From an uncultured virus (IMG/VR IMGVR_UViG_3300027278_000011) (lineage: Duplodnaviria > Heunggongvirae > Uroviricota > Caudoviricetes > Schitoviridae), in IMG/VR virus record IMGVR_UViG_3300027278_000011: a stretch of DNA of 64,000 nt; one strand, written 5' to 3'. The position numbers were made by a program, and so were the translations under genes. A model generated the notes under the pieces. That model saw only the letters and a program-made list of their open reading frames with translations, was not told where the DNA came from and searched no databases. Position 1 is the first letter of the stretch, and each line of letters starts with the position of its first letter. Of the stretch, positions 1 through 8,100 are shown one piece after another.

Positions 1-44
1 GCGAGACAGCGTTTCAGCTTTGGTAGGGCAGCGCATAGCAACTC

Positions 45-341
45 CTAGAATGGAGAAGGCACTAGCTCCTCCATTGATGATATTGGATGGAAGTGAACGT
101 ACCGTTCTTTTTTGGTATATCCACATTTCTTACAGCCAGCACTTCCACCGAACTCGTACTGACATTCAATACAGTCCACGGTGTAAGTTTCTCTGACATA
201 AATGATGTTGTTGATGATCCGGTAAATCCTGCGATGATCCAGTCGATGACCAGCAAGGTTCTCGGCATAGGCGAAAGTGCTATCTACCAAGTAAGCCCGA
301 CCCTGTTTAGGATCGAACTCAGAGATCTGAACTTTCCCCAT
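45..341 (-). CDS. Hypothetical protein with CxxC..CxxC zinc-finger-like motif
   Basis: 98-aa ORF with CIEC...CKKC. GAGG upstream; overlaps the stop of the 319-843 gene; same strand as neighbours. Confidence 0.65.
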   Translation of the reverse strand: MGKVQISEFDPKQGRAYLVDSTFAYAENLAGHRLDHRRIYRIINNIIYVRETYTVDCIECQYEFGGSAGCKKCGYTKKERYVHFHPISSMEELVPSPF

Positions 342-843
342 GATTCACCTCCACAATGGGTTTGGTGTGGGTGCAGTGTTGGCACTTCCAATGCCGATGT
401 TTGTGATAACCGGCAAGCCGCATAGGCTTCATGTGGCAGCGTGGAGGCTCGATTACTTCCACTGGTTCCTCTTTCCAGGTGTTACGCAGGAAGGGGCCAG
501 AGACACGGGCTTCTTGCCAGGCCAAGCGTTGTTCTACGGTGGAATCTGGTTGAGGCAACCAGATCTCAAAAGAGCGGTCGATGATCTTCAAAACGGCGTT
601 CCACACCTTCTGATCATCTGGCTCACGGGACAACCGTTTCATATTGGGTTGGTGCTCAAGGCATACCTTGTCCACCAGACGACGTGCCAGCTTACGCAGT
701 GCGTCTGCACTGTCTTCAAAGCGGATAACTAGGGCGAAGCACAAGGCGATGTCACCGGGGTGCCAACTTCCGCCTGAGCGAGTGATGTAGCTGCGTTTCG
801 GTAGAGCTTTGGGGAGGGTCACGATGTTGGTGTGCTTCTTCAT
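319..843 (-). CDS. Hypothetical protein (174 aa) with C-terminal Cys/His cluster
   Basis: Start re-called at ATG 843 (MKKHTNIV) after AGGAAG. The track's extension to 1203 runs through the structured non-coding region and is probably not coding. Confidence 0.65.
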   Translation of the reverse strand: MKKHTNIVTLPKALPKRSYITRSGGSWHPGDIALCFALVIRFEDSADALRKLARRLVDKVCLEHQPNMKRLSREPDDQKVWNAVLKIIDRSFEIWLPQPDSTVEQRLAWQEARVSGPFLRNTWKEEPVEVIEPPRCHMKPMRLAGYHKHRHWKCQHCTHTKPIVEVNHGESSDL

Positions 844-867
844 CTCTAACTTCCTGATTACTAGAGA

Positions 868-1606
868 AAATCCCCCCTGCTGACTTTTCGCTTCCGAACC
901 ACAAGGGTATGAGAAACAGCAGGGGGGATTTGCGTGGTTGCAGGTAACTGCATTGGGGCGTGCTTTCCAGGGGAGGCTAATCCCGCCCGGAAGGGTGAAC
1001 CTGAAAAGCACACTCCAATGCAGTTGACGTTGGCGATTCGGGGGGACGCCAACTGCACTGGGACACAGAACTGTCAGCTCTTGCCGTCCATAGACCGTCT
1101 GTACGGCGGAACCTATGCCCGTTTGTGACGGGGAGCTGATCTCATGTTTCAGCCTCTTGCATCGAGGAAATTTCTGGAGGACGCCTCCTTCATTCGTCCA
1201 CATTTTACCCGTGTACTAGCTCCGGAGCGGGTTAGAGGTACGTGACTTGGCAGCTACTTGGTGCGGGCCTGCCCGCTCGAATTTACCTTTCTGACTCAGT
1301 GCCCTGAGTCGATTTCACTGTTGCTCACCCAGAAACTTCCTCGATGCAATCTGCATCTGAGGTGACTCTGTATCGTCGTGCCCATTTTTGGCTTGTCAGG
1401 GAGACGAATCCCTGACCCTACTCACAGGCTACAGAGCCACCTCAGATGCAGTCTGATAGGGCGTAAATCCCATCAGATGATCTGGCCGGTTGCACTCTCT
1501 TTCCGGCGTCAGCGCTGGTACAGGGGTTGCCTGACTTTCCAACTGACTGCTTGACCTTACCGTGGCCTACCCGTGCCGTGTGTCAGACGGCAAGACGCAG
1601 GGACGA
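868..1606 (-). ncRNA. Candidate large structured non-coding RNA or array of stem-flanked RNA modules
   Basis: Inverted repeats 868-882/917-931 (15/15), 946-971/1000-1025 (23/26), 1157-1177/1329-1349 (20/21), 1351-1372/1430-1451 (21/22), plus many internal hairpins. Most mismatches are G-U on the minus strand. Confidence 0.6.
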
Positions 1607-1801
1607 TTACTCGTCGCTGGCTTCCCCGGCTTCCGCTTTCACAACGCGATTACGGACGGCCTGGAAACTTTCATCAACGGTGATCTCATCACCGTTGTTC
1701 AGCAGCACGGTGGTGCCGTTTTCTTCGGCTAGGTAGGCCGAAATGTCGGAGGCACGGATGTCGATGTTCTTGCCTTTCACTTTACAACGAATGATGCTCA
1801 T
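1607..1801 (-). CDS. Small beta-rich hypothetical protein (64 aa)
   Basis: ATG after AAGGAAAAACCA; FlbD/LytTR-like beta pattern (GTTVLLNNGDEITVDES). Confidence 0.7.
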   Translation of the reverse strand: MSIIRCKVKGKNIDIRASDISAYLAEENGTTVLLNNGDEITVDESFQAVRNRVVKAEAGEASDE

Positions 1802-1852
1802 TGGTTTTTCCTTGTAGTGGGAAACAACGGGTTATTCACCCCAAGCAACGAA

Positions 1853-2437
1853 TTACAGTGGCTCAGCACCACCATGACCATTGGGGCAAGTGACCCCGCC
1901 CGGAGAATCAAACTGGGCCAGGTTGCACACAGAGCAATAGGTTCCAGTAGCCTGCAAAGCAGCCACAGGTTCATCCCGTTGGTTCTGGTACTTGCCCTCG
2001 TATTGAGCGTACTCAGCGTTTTGATGGAACAACACTTGAGCAATGCCCGAACCGGCTTTGATGTGAAGCACATCATTGCCGTGGTAAACGAGTTCCAGAG
2101 TCAGAAAGCCATTCCAGCCGGGTTCGATGACTGTGTTGAACACGGACAGCCCTTTACGTGCCCAGGTGGACTTATCATGGACAATGCCAGTCATGTTCCG
2201 AGGCATTTTGAACTCTTCAATGGCAGAGGCCAAAGTGAAACGTCCTTCCTGACATTTGCCATCCACCATCACTTGAGGCCCAAGTGATCCTTTGATGAAG
2301 AAGGAGACATCCTGCTTGATGCGGATGTCATACCCGGCTTCACCCAGGCCGTAGCTGGTGCCTTCTGCATTTTCCTTACATGGCACCATATCCACGATAG
2401 GTTGCGTCATTAGCAGCTTGATACCGTTAATAATCAT
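1853..2437 (-). CDS. dcd: dCTP deaminase/dUTPase-family protein with C-terminal zinc ribbon
   Basis: Motifs AGYDIRI, DKSTWARKG, VIEPGWNGFLTLEL, GIAQVLF, YEGKYQNQ. N4 gp26-like position. Confidence 0.9.
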   Translation of the reverse strand: MIINGIKLLMTQPIVDMVPCKENAEGTSYGLGEAGYDIRIKQDVSFFIKGSLGPQVMVDGKCQEGRFTLASAIEEFKMPRNMTGIVHDKSTWARKGLSVFNTVIEPGWNGFLTLELVYHGNDVLHIKAGSGIAQVLFHQNAEYAQYEGKYQNQRDEPVAALQATGTYCSVCNLAQFDSPGGVTCPNGHGGAEPL

Positions 2438-2438
2438 G

Positions 2439-3605
2439 TCAGCTCCTGATGTGAATGAGTTTGCCGAAAGGCACTGTCTTACCGGAAGCGTTTACTGCCA
2501 CCCAGATGACTGGAATGTGATGATCCAGCGGTTTCATGGCTGGGCAATCCAGGTCAGAGAAGATGACTGCTGCAGTTGGACGATGCTGCTCAATGTGCTC
2601 ACGCACAGGAACCAATGAAGTGCCGCCACGACCTACAACGACGATCTTCTCAAAACGATCGTCTTCCTCAAAGACATATTGGGCCGTGATTCGGGTGTCG
2701 AAGAGTACCAGAGTCAGCTTCAACGGGTTGAACTTCTCCTTGATGTACTTCACTTCAGAGTTGAAACGAAGCACGTCTTGGTCGCTGATCGACCCCGACA
2801 CGTCCAGGTAATAGGCCAGATGTTCTAGTTTCCCTTCGTCCTTGATCATGGACGGCAGGTACAGATCATCATGCAGATGGCGTCTGTTGGGACGTGCCCA
2901 ACTGAAATCCTCATCACAGAGTTCCGTGAAGAACTCTTGCAGATGCTGCTCCCACGGCACAATTGGTGTCAGGAACTTGTCGATGATCTGTTCCAGTTCA
3001 CCGGGGATAGAGCCAGCAGCACCGGCCAATTTGGCTTGCTGCATGGCCTTCACCACGTTGTTGATGCAGCCGTGTACGGCATCTGCTGGAGCAGCCACCA
3101 TGTCACCCTGACCAGAATCTCCGCTACCACTACCACCCCAGCTACCACCACCAGAGGGCGGTTGCTGGTTGTTGGACATGAGCAGATCGTAAATATCCTC
3201 CTCAGTGAGGCGACCGTTGGCATCCACAGACTGATCTTTCCAGCACCATTCGACCTGATCGAAGGAGTAGCCCTCTTTTTCGAGGTCATTGTTGATGCGG
3301 ATGTCACAGGCGTAGTTCCAGATCTCTATGTCACGAGTGCCACGACGAAGATCATGTAATTTGCCAGGGTGCCAGAGTTCGTGAACCAGAACGGTTTCAC
3401 GAGTCTTTCGCGGCAGTGACAGGAACCAGTGGGGATTCCACCAGAGGTGAACACCATCCGTCTGGGCTGTCTCAATGGTTTCATCCCAGATGAACTCCAG
3501 AGAGCACATCAGGGAACCAAGGAAAGCGGCATTGGACTTCAGGAAGACCGTTGATTTGGTGATGTCCAGTTCCCGTTGAAGTACCGCTTGATCAAGCTCG
3601 GACAT
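2439..3605 (-). CDS. Metallopeptidase plus VWA domain protein (N4 gp25-like)
   Basis: HELWH zinc motif, WNYACD, VWA MIDAS DVSGS, GRGGT; adjacent to a MoxR-like ATPase. Confidence 0.88.
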   Translation of the reverse strand: MSELDQAVLQRELDITKSTVFLKSNAAFLGSLMCSLEFIWDETIETAQTDGVHLWWNPHWFLSLPRKTRETVLVHELWHPGKLHDLRRGTRDIEIWNYACDIRINNDLEKEGYSFDQVEWCWKDQSVDANGRLTEEDIYDLLMSNNQQPPSGGGSWGGSGSGDSGQGDMVAAPADAVHGCINNVVKAMQQAKLAGAAGSIPGELEQIIDKFLTPIVPWEQHLQEFFTELCDEDFSWARPNRRHLHDDLYLPSMIKDEGKLEHLAYYLDVSGSISDQDVLRFNSEVKYIKEKFNPLKLTLVLFDTRITAQYVFEEDDRFEKIVVVGRGGTSLVPVREHIEQHRPTAAVIFSDLDCPAMKPLDHHIPVIWVAVNASGKTVPFGKLIHIRS

Positions 3606-3621
3606 TGGTATTCTCCTTGGT

Positions 3622-4656
3622 TCACATGCTCAGGTACTTGGTCAGTTCCGACATTGCCTTGGCAAAGGCCGGGTGCTTACGCAGCTCAGCATTCCGTACC
3701 ATCGTGGAACGGAAGAACAGAATGCGGAAGTCCAAGGGAAAGCGATTGGCGTAAGTGGCGAAGTTGCCGAAAGTTTTTTCGGACACCTTCTCCATCATGG
3801 AGGAGATGACTGCCCAACGAGTGGCATTGTCGTGGGGCAAGAAGACATTTTCCGGATCACGAAGAATGTCTTCTACTTTCACCATAGTGCTGAATACTTT
3901 GTTGAATTGGATCAACTCAACTGCCACGCCGGATGTGATCGTGCCAGCATAAAGTGCTGCCTTGTCATCAGGCATACTTTTGCCCTTCACCAGTTTGTTC
4001 ATGAACTCCCAGGTGCGGGGGCAGCAGAACGTCTTTTCATTGTGGTCTGGCTTGAAGTCCATCAGTTTGGACGGGTACTGCGACAGGAATGCAATGATGC
4101 GCTTGTCGTAGTTTTGCTTCAGGGCCACGTCCATCAGCCACTCATCGAAGTCCAGTTCCAGTTCCAGATGCACCATACGGCTCTGCAGTGCGGTGCTGAT
4201 TGGGTTGACGATGGCACGGTCAGTGGCCAAGTTGCCTGCAGCAACGATTGCCACGTTGGAGTTCAGCTTCTTCTGACCGGTCATGCGGTCGAGAATCAGC
4301 TTGTAGGCAGGTGCCTGAATCGACTTCGGTGCCGAATTGAACTCATCGAGGAACAGCATCCACCCATCTTTGCCATCCGGCAGCGGTGTGTAATCCAGTG
4401 GGAACAGCTCAGCGAACGGTGCAAAGGTTGCCTCACCGTGTTCGTTGAAGCGTGGCAGGCCGGTCATGTCTTCCGGGGTAGACGTGGACAGGCGATGGTC
4501 AATCATCTTGAGATTGAACTCGGCAGCAACACTGTGGGTGATGGCAGATTTGCCCATACCAGGGGAGCTGGTGACATACGGCACCAAGCCAGCTTCGATG
4601 ACATCAATCATCAGCTCACGCAGTTTGCGTGGCTTACAGCGGTACAAGTTGGTCAT
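3622..4656 (-). CDS. MoxR-like AAA+ ATPase (N4 gp24-like)
   Basis: Walker A SSPGMGKS, Walker B LFLDEFN, AAGN, ALQSR, CPRTW. Start re-called at ATG 4656. Confidence 0.9.
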   Translation of the reverse strand: MTNLYRCKPRKLRELMIDVIEAGLVPYVTSSPGMGKSAITHSVAAEFNLKMIDHRLSTSTPEDMTGLPRFNEHGEATFAPFAELFPLDYTPLPDGKDGWMLFLDEFNSAPKSIQAPAYKLILDRMTGQKKLNSNVAIVAAGNLATDRAIVNPISTALQSRMVHLELELDFDEWLMDVALKQNYDKRIIAFLSQYPSKLMDFKPDHNEKTFCCPRTWEFMNKLVKGKSMPDDKAALYAGTITSGVAVELIQFNKVFSTMVKVEDILRDPENVFLPHDNATRWAVISSMMEKVSEKTFGNFATYANRFPLDFRILFFRSTMVRNAELRKHPAFAKAMSELTKYLSM

Positions 4657-4723
4657 GTTGATTCCTTGGAATAAAAGCACCACCTGAAGCTATGTCCTGG
4701 CGATGCGAGGTTGCTTTCACCAC

Positions 4724-4757
4724 AAAAAGATAACCCTCCATTCGGAGGGTTATTTTA
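4724..4757 (-). terminator. Rho-independent terminator, possibly bidirectional
   Basis: ATAACCCTCC-ATTC-GGAGGGTTAT stem (4730-4753) with T/A tracts on both sides. Confidence 0.8.
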
Positions 4758-5360
4758 TTAGAGTTTACTTTGCTTCAACTCAGCTATCAGATCTCTGTAG
4801 ATCTGTACTTGTTTCCTCTTACTGAGGGTTCTCCATTTGGAGAATCGTTTGGTGACATATCTGTCAGAGTGACGTACACGTACACCAAACTCGACTTCAT
4901 CACCGGCGTAGAACGAGCAATAGACTGGTCGATAGATGTAATCATCTGGTTGATCATCCATCCATTTGATCCAGTTGGAGTTGAACTCCACCTGTTCGTC
5001 ATCCCAACGCCACTCAGGGTGCTGTTCTGTGGTCTTACGGCACAGCACGTTCAGGCCGACGTTACTCCACCAGCACTGCTCGCCCGTGCTAGCAGACTGC
5101 AGTAGGTACTCATCACACGACCAACCTTTCTGGCGACGTTTCTCAACGTACCAGGACAGACGCCATTCACTCATGGGGGCCGAGGTGAGCAGCACCAAAT
5201 CCCCTTCTTTTGGTTCGGTCGGGGCAAAGCCTATCAGGCCACCATAGGTGCGTGGGTACTCTTGATCTACCGATTCGACACTGCACTTGGCCATACCAAA
5301 CTGCAGGAGATAGTCGAGCATGCGGGCGTAGGACTTGGCGAAGCTCACGACTTCCGACAT
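4758..5360 (-). CDS. Hypothetical protein (200 aa, Trp-rich)
   Basis: ORF overlapping the upstream stop with GGAGG-like SD; followed by a terminator. Confidence 0.75.
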   Translation of the reverse strand: MSEVVSFAKSYARMLDYLLQFGMAKCSVESVDQEYPRTYGGLIGFAPTEPKEGDLVLLTSAPMSEWRLSWYVEKRRQKGWSCDEYLLQSASTGEQCWWSNVGLNVLCRKTTEQHPEWRWDDEQVEFNSNWIKWMDDQPDDYIYRPVYCSFYAGDEVEFGVRVRHSDRYVTKRFSKWRTLSKRKQVQIYRDLIAELKQSKL

Positions 5361-5785
5361 TTGGCAGCCTCCTCAACATCCATGATCCACTCACCGATCC
5401 AGAATTGCTCGTGGATCTCTGTCTCATTCATGGTGAAATGTCTTCCCATGTCGCTCATCACTTCGTAGAGCGGGGTCTTGTGTTCCAGGGCTTCACCCAC
5501 ACGAATGATGAAGGCATTACCTGTACGACGACCATCACGGGTGCAGAGCTGAGCACCGACAACAAGGGAGTAGTCCCAGTTACGGGCAATGGCCCAGTCA
5601 GGCAACGGGCCGAAGGATTGTTCAAACTCAGCCAGGGCAAGCTGAGCATCCACGTACTCTTTGGTGGGACTGTCCATCACACCACCAGTGTCTTCACAAA
5701 GACTCAAGTAGCCCTTACAGATGTTATGCAGGGCCAGATACAGCTTCAGGTCGATGTTCTGGAAGTCGAACTTTTGCTCAGACAT
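5345..5785 (-). CDS. Hypothetical protein (146 aa)
   Basis: Start re-called at MSEQKFD after AAGGAGCAGAG; contains LCTRDGRRTGNA segment. Confidence 0.7.
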   Translation of the reverse strand: MSEQKFDFQNIDLKLYLALHNICKGYLSLCEDTGGVMDSPTKEYVDAQLALAEFEQSFGPLPDWAIARNWDYSLVVGAQLCTRDGRRTGNAFIIRVGEALEHKTPLYEVMSDMGRHFTMNETEIHEQFWIGEWIMDVEEAAKCRKS

Positions 5786-5972
5786 CACTCTGCTCCTTGT
5801 ATTTGTCAGGCGTACATTTGACGCAAGTTGCACCGTGCATCGGGCCACCCATAGAACGCACGTACACCCCGCATTTGATGCAGGAGATGATGGCAGCAGT
5901 GGCGATCATTCCCGGCTTTATCGGGTAAATGGGTTCGCCTTCTTTGGTGTAACCCAGAATCTCACGATTCAT
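5778..5972 (-). CDS. Small zinc-ribbon protein (64 aa)
   Basis: CIKC...CVKC; ATGA overlap with the upstream gene. Confidence 0.7.
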   Translation of the reverse strand: MNREILGYTKEGEPIYPIKPGMIATAAIISCIKCGVYVRSMGGPMHGATCVKCTPDKYKEQSDV

Positions 5973-6205
5973 GTGTTCTCCTTGGCTGCATCACGAGCTT
6001 GGTGTGCAGTCCACCAGTAGTCGAGATCTGGGTTTGCTGCCAAGAACATGGCACGGGTTTCCTCAATCATATGAGAGAGGGTCCAGCACAACAGCTCAGC
6101 TACTGGACTGTTGTGGGTGAACTCCTTGGCAAGCTCGCCACGGGCTTCAGAACGGATGACAGCAGGAGAGCTGTCACGAGGATCATAACAAGGCATATCA
6201 CTCAA
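5969..6205 (-). CDS. Hypothetical protein (about 75-78 aa)
   Basis: MPCYDPR...LLC...WWTAHQARD pattern typical of small phage proteins; start may be ATG 6198. Confidence 0.7.
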   Translation of the reverse strand: MSDMPCYDPRDSSPAVIRSEARGELAKEFTHNSPVAELLCWTLSHMIEETRAMFLAANPDLDYWWTAHQARDAAKENT

Positions 6206-6277
6206 CCTTTACATAGGGGAATGGATTCGGATACAGCTCTTCAGACGTGTACGTCTTGCTCAGCAGAGTCTTCACGG

Positions 6278-6652
6278 TTACTCCTTGGCTCGCTGTGCTC
6301 GCCGTCGCTGATTGGTGATATGGCTGACCATCTCCAGGTGCAGGGGGTTGCAACACAAGCGGTTGTTGCACTTGTGGTCGATCTGCTTCTTACCGGGGAT
6401 GTAGCCGTAGTAGTGGGTGTAGACGACCAGATGCACAGCTACGGTCTGGCTGTTGAGAGACATGCGGCCATAGCCACCACCCTTGCCAGTACCGGAATCC
6501 GGCCCAGTCCAGATGTGGCAGGGACTTGGCTTATTGTCCAGAACGAAGCCAAGATCGGAGACCTCGACTCGTTCATAGATGCGCAGCATGATTTCCCGTC
6601 GTCTGGAGGCCAGCTCACCTAGATCCAGATCGAGAGGCTCATGGCTACTCAC
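6278..6652 (-). CDS. HNH endonuclease
   Basis: CHIWTG, GYG, VHLVVY, IDHKCNNRLCCNPLHLE..NQ. N4 gp22-like. Confidence 0.88.
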   Translation of the reverse strand: MSSHEPLDLDLGELASRRREIMLRIYERVEVSDLGFVLDNKPSPCHIWTGPDSGTGKGGGYGRMSLNSQTVAVHLVVYTHYYGYIPGKKQIDHKCNNRLCCNPLHLEMVSHITNQRRRAQRAKE

Positions 6653-7491
6653 TTCACCGCCATGAAATGTTGGTGGATGGCTGAATTGAGCAGGCGAATG
6701 CCAATGTTCATCTCTTCAGACTGAGCACGCAGAATGCGAGTAATGCCTTCCACGTCTTTGTTGACTGGACGCTTGTTGAACAACTTGCGATAGCTGGTGA
6801 ACAGCTTGATCTTGGGAATACAGCTTTTCAGTTCTTCCAGGCTCACTTCCTGGGTGCTGTACACCAAGGGTACTCGCCCAACAAACTCGGTACGCAAGCC
6901 AGCGTCTTTGAGCTGTTGCATCGTCTCGATCTTCTGGTTGGAGTAGGCACCGGCGAAGATGAACAGACTGTTTTCTACTACCACTGGCTCGTACTTGCCA
7001 TAGTCGGTAAAGACACTGGTGTACTTGCTTTCGAGGCTGGTGAGAAATTCATCCTGCACTGCAGATCGGAAGCTCTCAGTGGTCTCGCCGTTACGCTGGA
7101 ACAGCTTGTCGAACTCATCCACGAAGATCACGTTCGGTTCGTTCCAGTGCTCACGCAGCTTACGCAGGGCTTTGGACAGCGAGTTACCGGACAAACCCTC
7201 AGTGGTCAGGCCAGCAGCGTTGACTTCGATCATGGGGATCTTGTGCTCATCGCAGACCATTTTGAGCAGGAAGCTCTTACCCGAGCCGGAAGGCCCGGTC
7301 AGATGGCTGTGAGGGCGAATATCGGCTTCGCTGTCCTTGAACACACCGAGGATGTGGCTCAATTGACCGAAGATCTTCTCTTGAGACGGGAAGATGATAC
7401 GGCCAGTGTCAGTGATGCGAAGGTGCGCTTCTTGGTTCTTGGTTGGAGCTATGTTGCCAGTACGACCGAACAGTTGCTTCTCGCCTTTCAT
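6649..7491 (-). CDS. ClpX/HslU-like AAA+ ATPase without partner peptidase
   Basis: Walker A GPSGSGKS, LTTEGLSG pore-loop region, Walker B IFVDEFDK, VQDEFL, LFIFAGAY, EFVGRVP. Confidence 0.8.
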   Translation of the reverse strand: MKGEKQLFGRTGNIAPTKNQEAHLRITDTGRIIFPSQEKIFGQLSHILGVFKDSEADIRPHSHLTGPSGSGKSFLLKMVCDEHKIPMIEVNAAGLTTEGLSGNSLSKALRKLREHWNEPNVIFVDEFDKLFQRNGETTESFRSAVQDEFLTSLESKYTSVFTDYGKYEPVVVENSLFIFAGAYSNQKIETMQQLKDAGLRTEFVGRVPLVYSTQEVSLEELKSCIPKIKLFTSYRKLFNKRPVNKDVEGITRILRAQSEEMNIGIRLLNSAIHQHFMAVK

Positions 7492-7510
7492 GCGATAACT
7501 CCTTGATTTG

Positions 7511-7540
7511 AAAAAAGAAAGCCCGTCACATGGACGGGCT
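7511..7540 (-). terminator. Rho-independent terminator
   Basis: AGCCCGTC-ACATG-GACGGGCT stem followed on the minus strand by TTCTTTTTT. Confidence 0.85.
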
Positions 7541-7569
7541 AAAAGGTTGCTTTACCCAAGGAAGAGATA

Positions 7570-8046
7570 TTAGGCAGTGACAGTCACCACACAGGTGTCA
7601 GTCCAGCTACCGTCCTTGGCAGTAGCAGTGATGGTGGCAGTGCCTTCAGCCACAGCAGTGACCAGGCCAGAAGCCGATACAGTAGCGACATCTTCATCGC
7701 TGGTGCTGTAGGTCACTTCACGCAGGCTTGCGTTGGTCGGGGCATAAGCCACAGTCAGTTGCTGGGTGGCAGCCACAGCAATGCTAGAAGTGGCAGGGGT
7801 GACGCTGATGTCAGTCAGGGAGATCTTGGTGATCTTGACTGCCTGCATGTTCTCTTGGCCAACCTTGTACAGAGCATCACGGACGTGATGCCACAGGACA
7901 TGGTTGCCACTCCATTCCAGAACATCGTCCGGATCGGGATGATCCACATCACCCAGATCAGTGAAACCGCTGCCAGGGGCATCGCCGGGCATTTGCAGTT
8001 TCACTTCCTTGGTGGTGGCGTTGTATGCGATCTGCGTGGTGCTCAT
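7570..8046 (-). CDS. Ig-like (Big_2) capsid decoration protein (N4 gp17-like)
   Basis: C-terminal Big_2 signature VTYSTSDEDVATVSASGLVTAVAEGTATITAT; directly downstream of RNAP2, as in N4. Confidence 0.8.
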   Translation of the reverse strand: MSTTQIAYNATTKEVKLQMPGDAPGSGFTDLGDVDHPDPDDVLEWSGNHVLWHHVRDALYKVGQENMQAVKITKISLTDISVTPATSSIAVAATQQLTVAYAPTNASLREVTYSTSDEDVATVSASGLVTAVAEGTATITATAKDGSWTDTCVVTVTA

Positions 8047-8058
8047 GTGTGCATCCTC

Positions 8059-8094
8059 AAAAAATAAATGGGGCCACTCTTCGGAGTGGCCCCA
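8059..8094 (-). terminator. Rho-independent terminator after RNAP2
   Basis: 11-bp stem TGGGGCCACTC-TTCG-GAGTGGCCCCA with U-tract on the minus strand. Confidence 0.85.
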
Positions 8095-8100
8095 ATGATA

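Noticed and set aside
1..36. Start of a further minus-strand gene (MRCPTKAETLS...) after GGAG
   Set aside because: Truncated by the window edge and too short to assign.
940..1030. Integron attC-like AAC...GTT palindrome
   Set aside because: Ends do not fit RYYYAAC/GTTRRRY and no integrase is present.
844..1203. N-terminal 120-codon extension of ORF 319-1203
   Set aside because: Runs through the long helices with atypical composition and no SD; a good SD and ATG exist at 843.
1159..1456. RNase P-like GAGGAA(A/G) and group I S-like AGATGCAGTCTG motifs
   Set aside because: Both are locked in long local helices, the P4/P7 partner strands were not found, and no interrupted gene flanks them.
868..1606. 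CRISPR array or tRNA cluster
   Set aside because: No regularly spaced direct repeats, and no cloverleaf with a T-loop and CCA end found by eye.
6278..6652. HNH as an intron-encoded mobile element
   Set aside because: Free-standing, coupled to its neighbour, at a usual N4-like position, with no split host gene.
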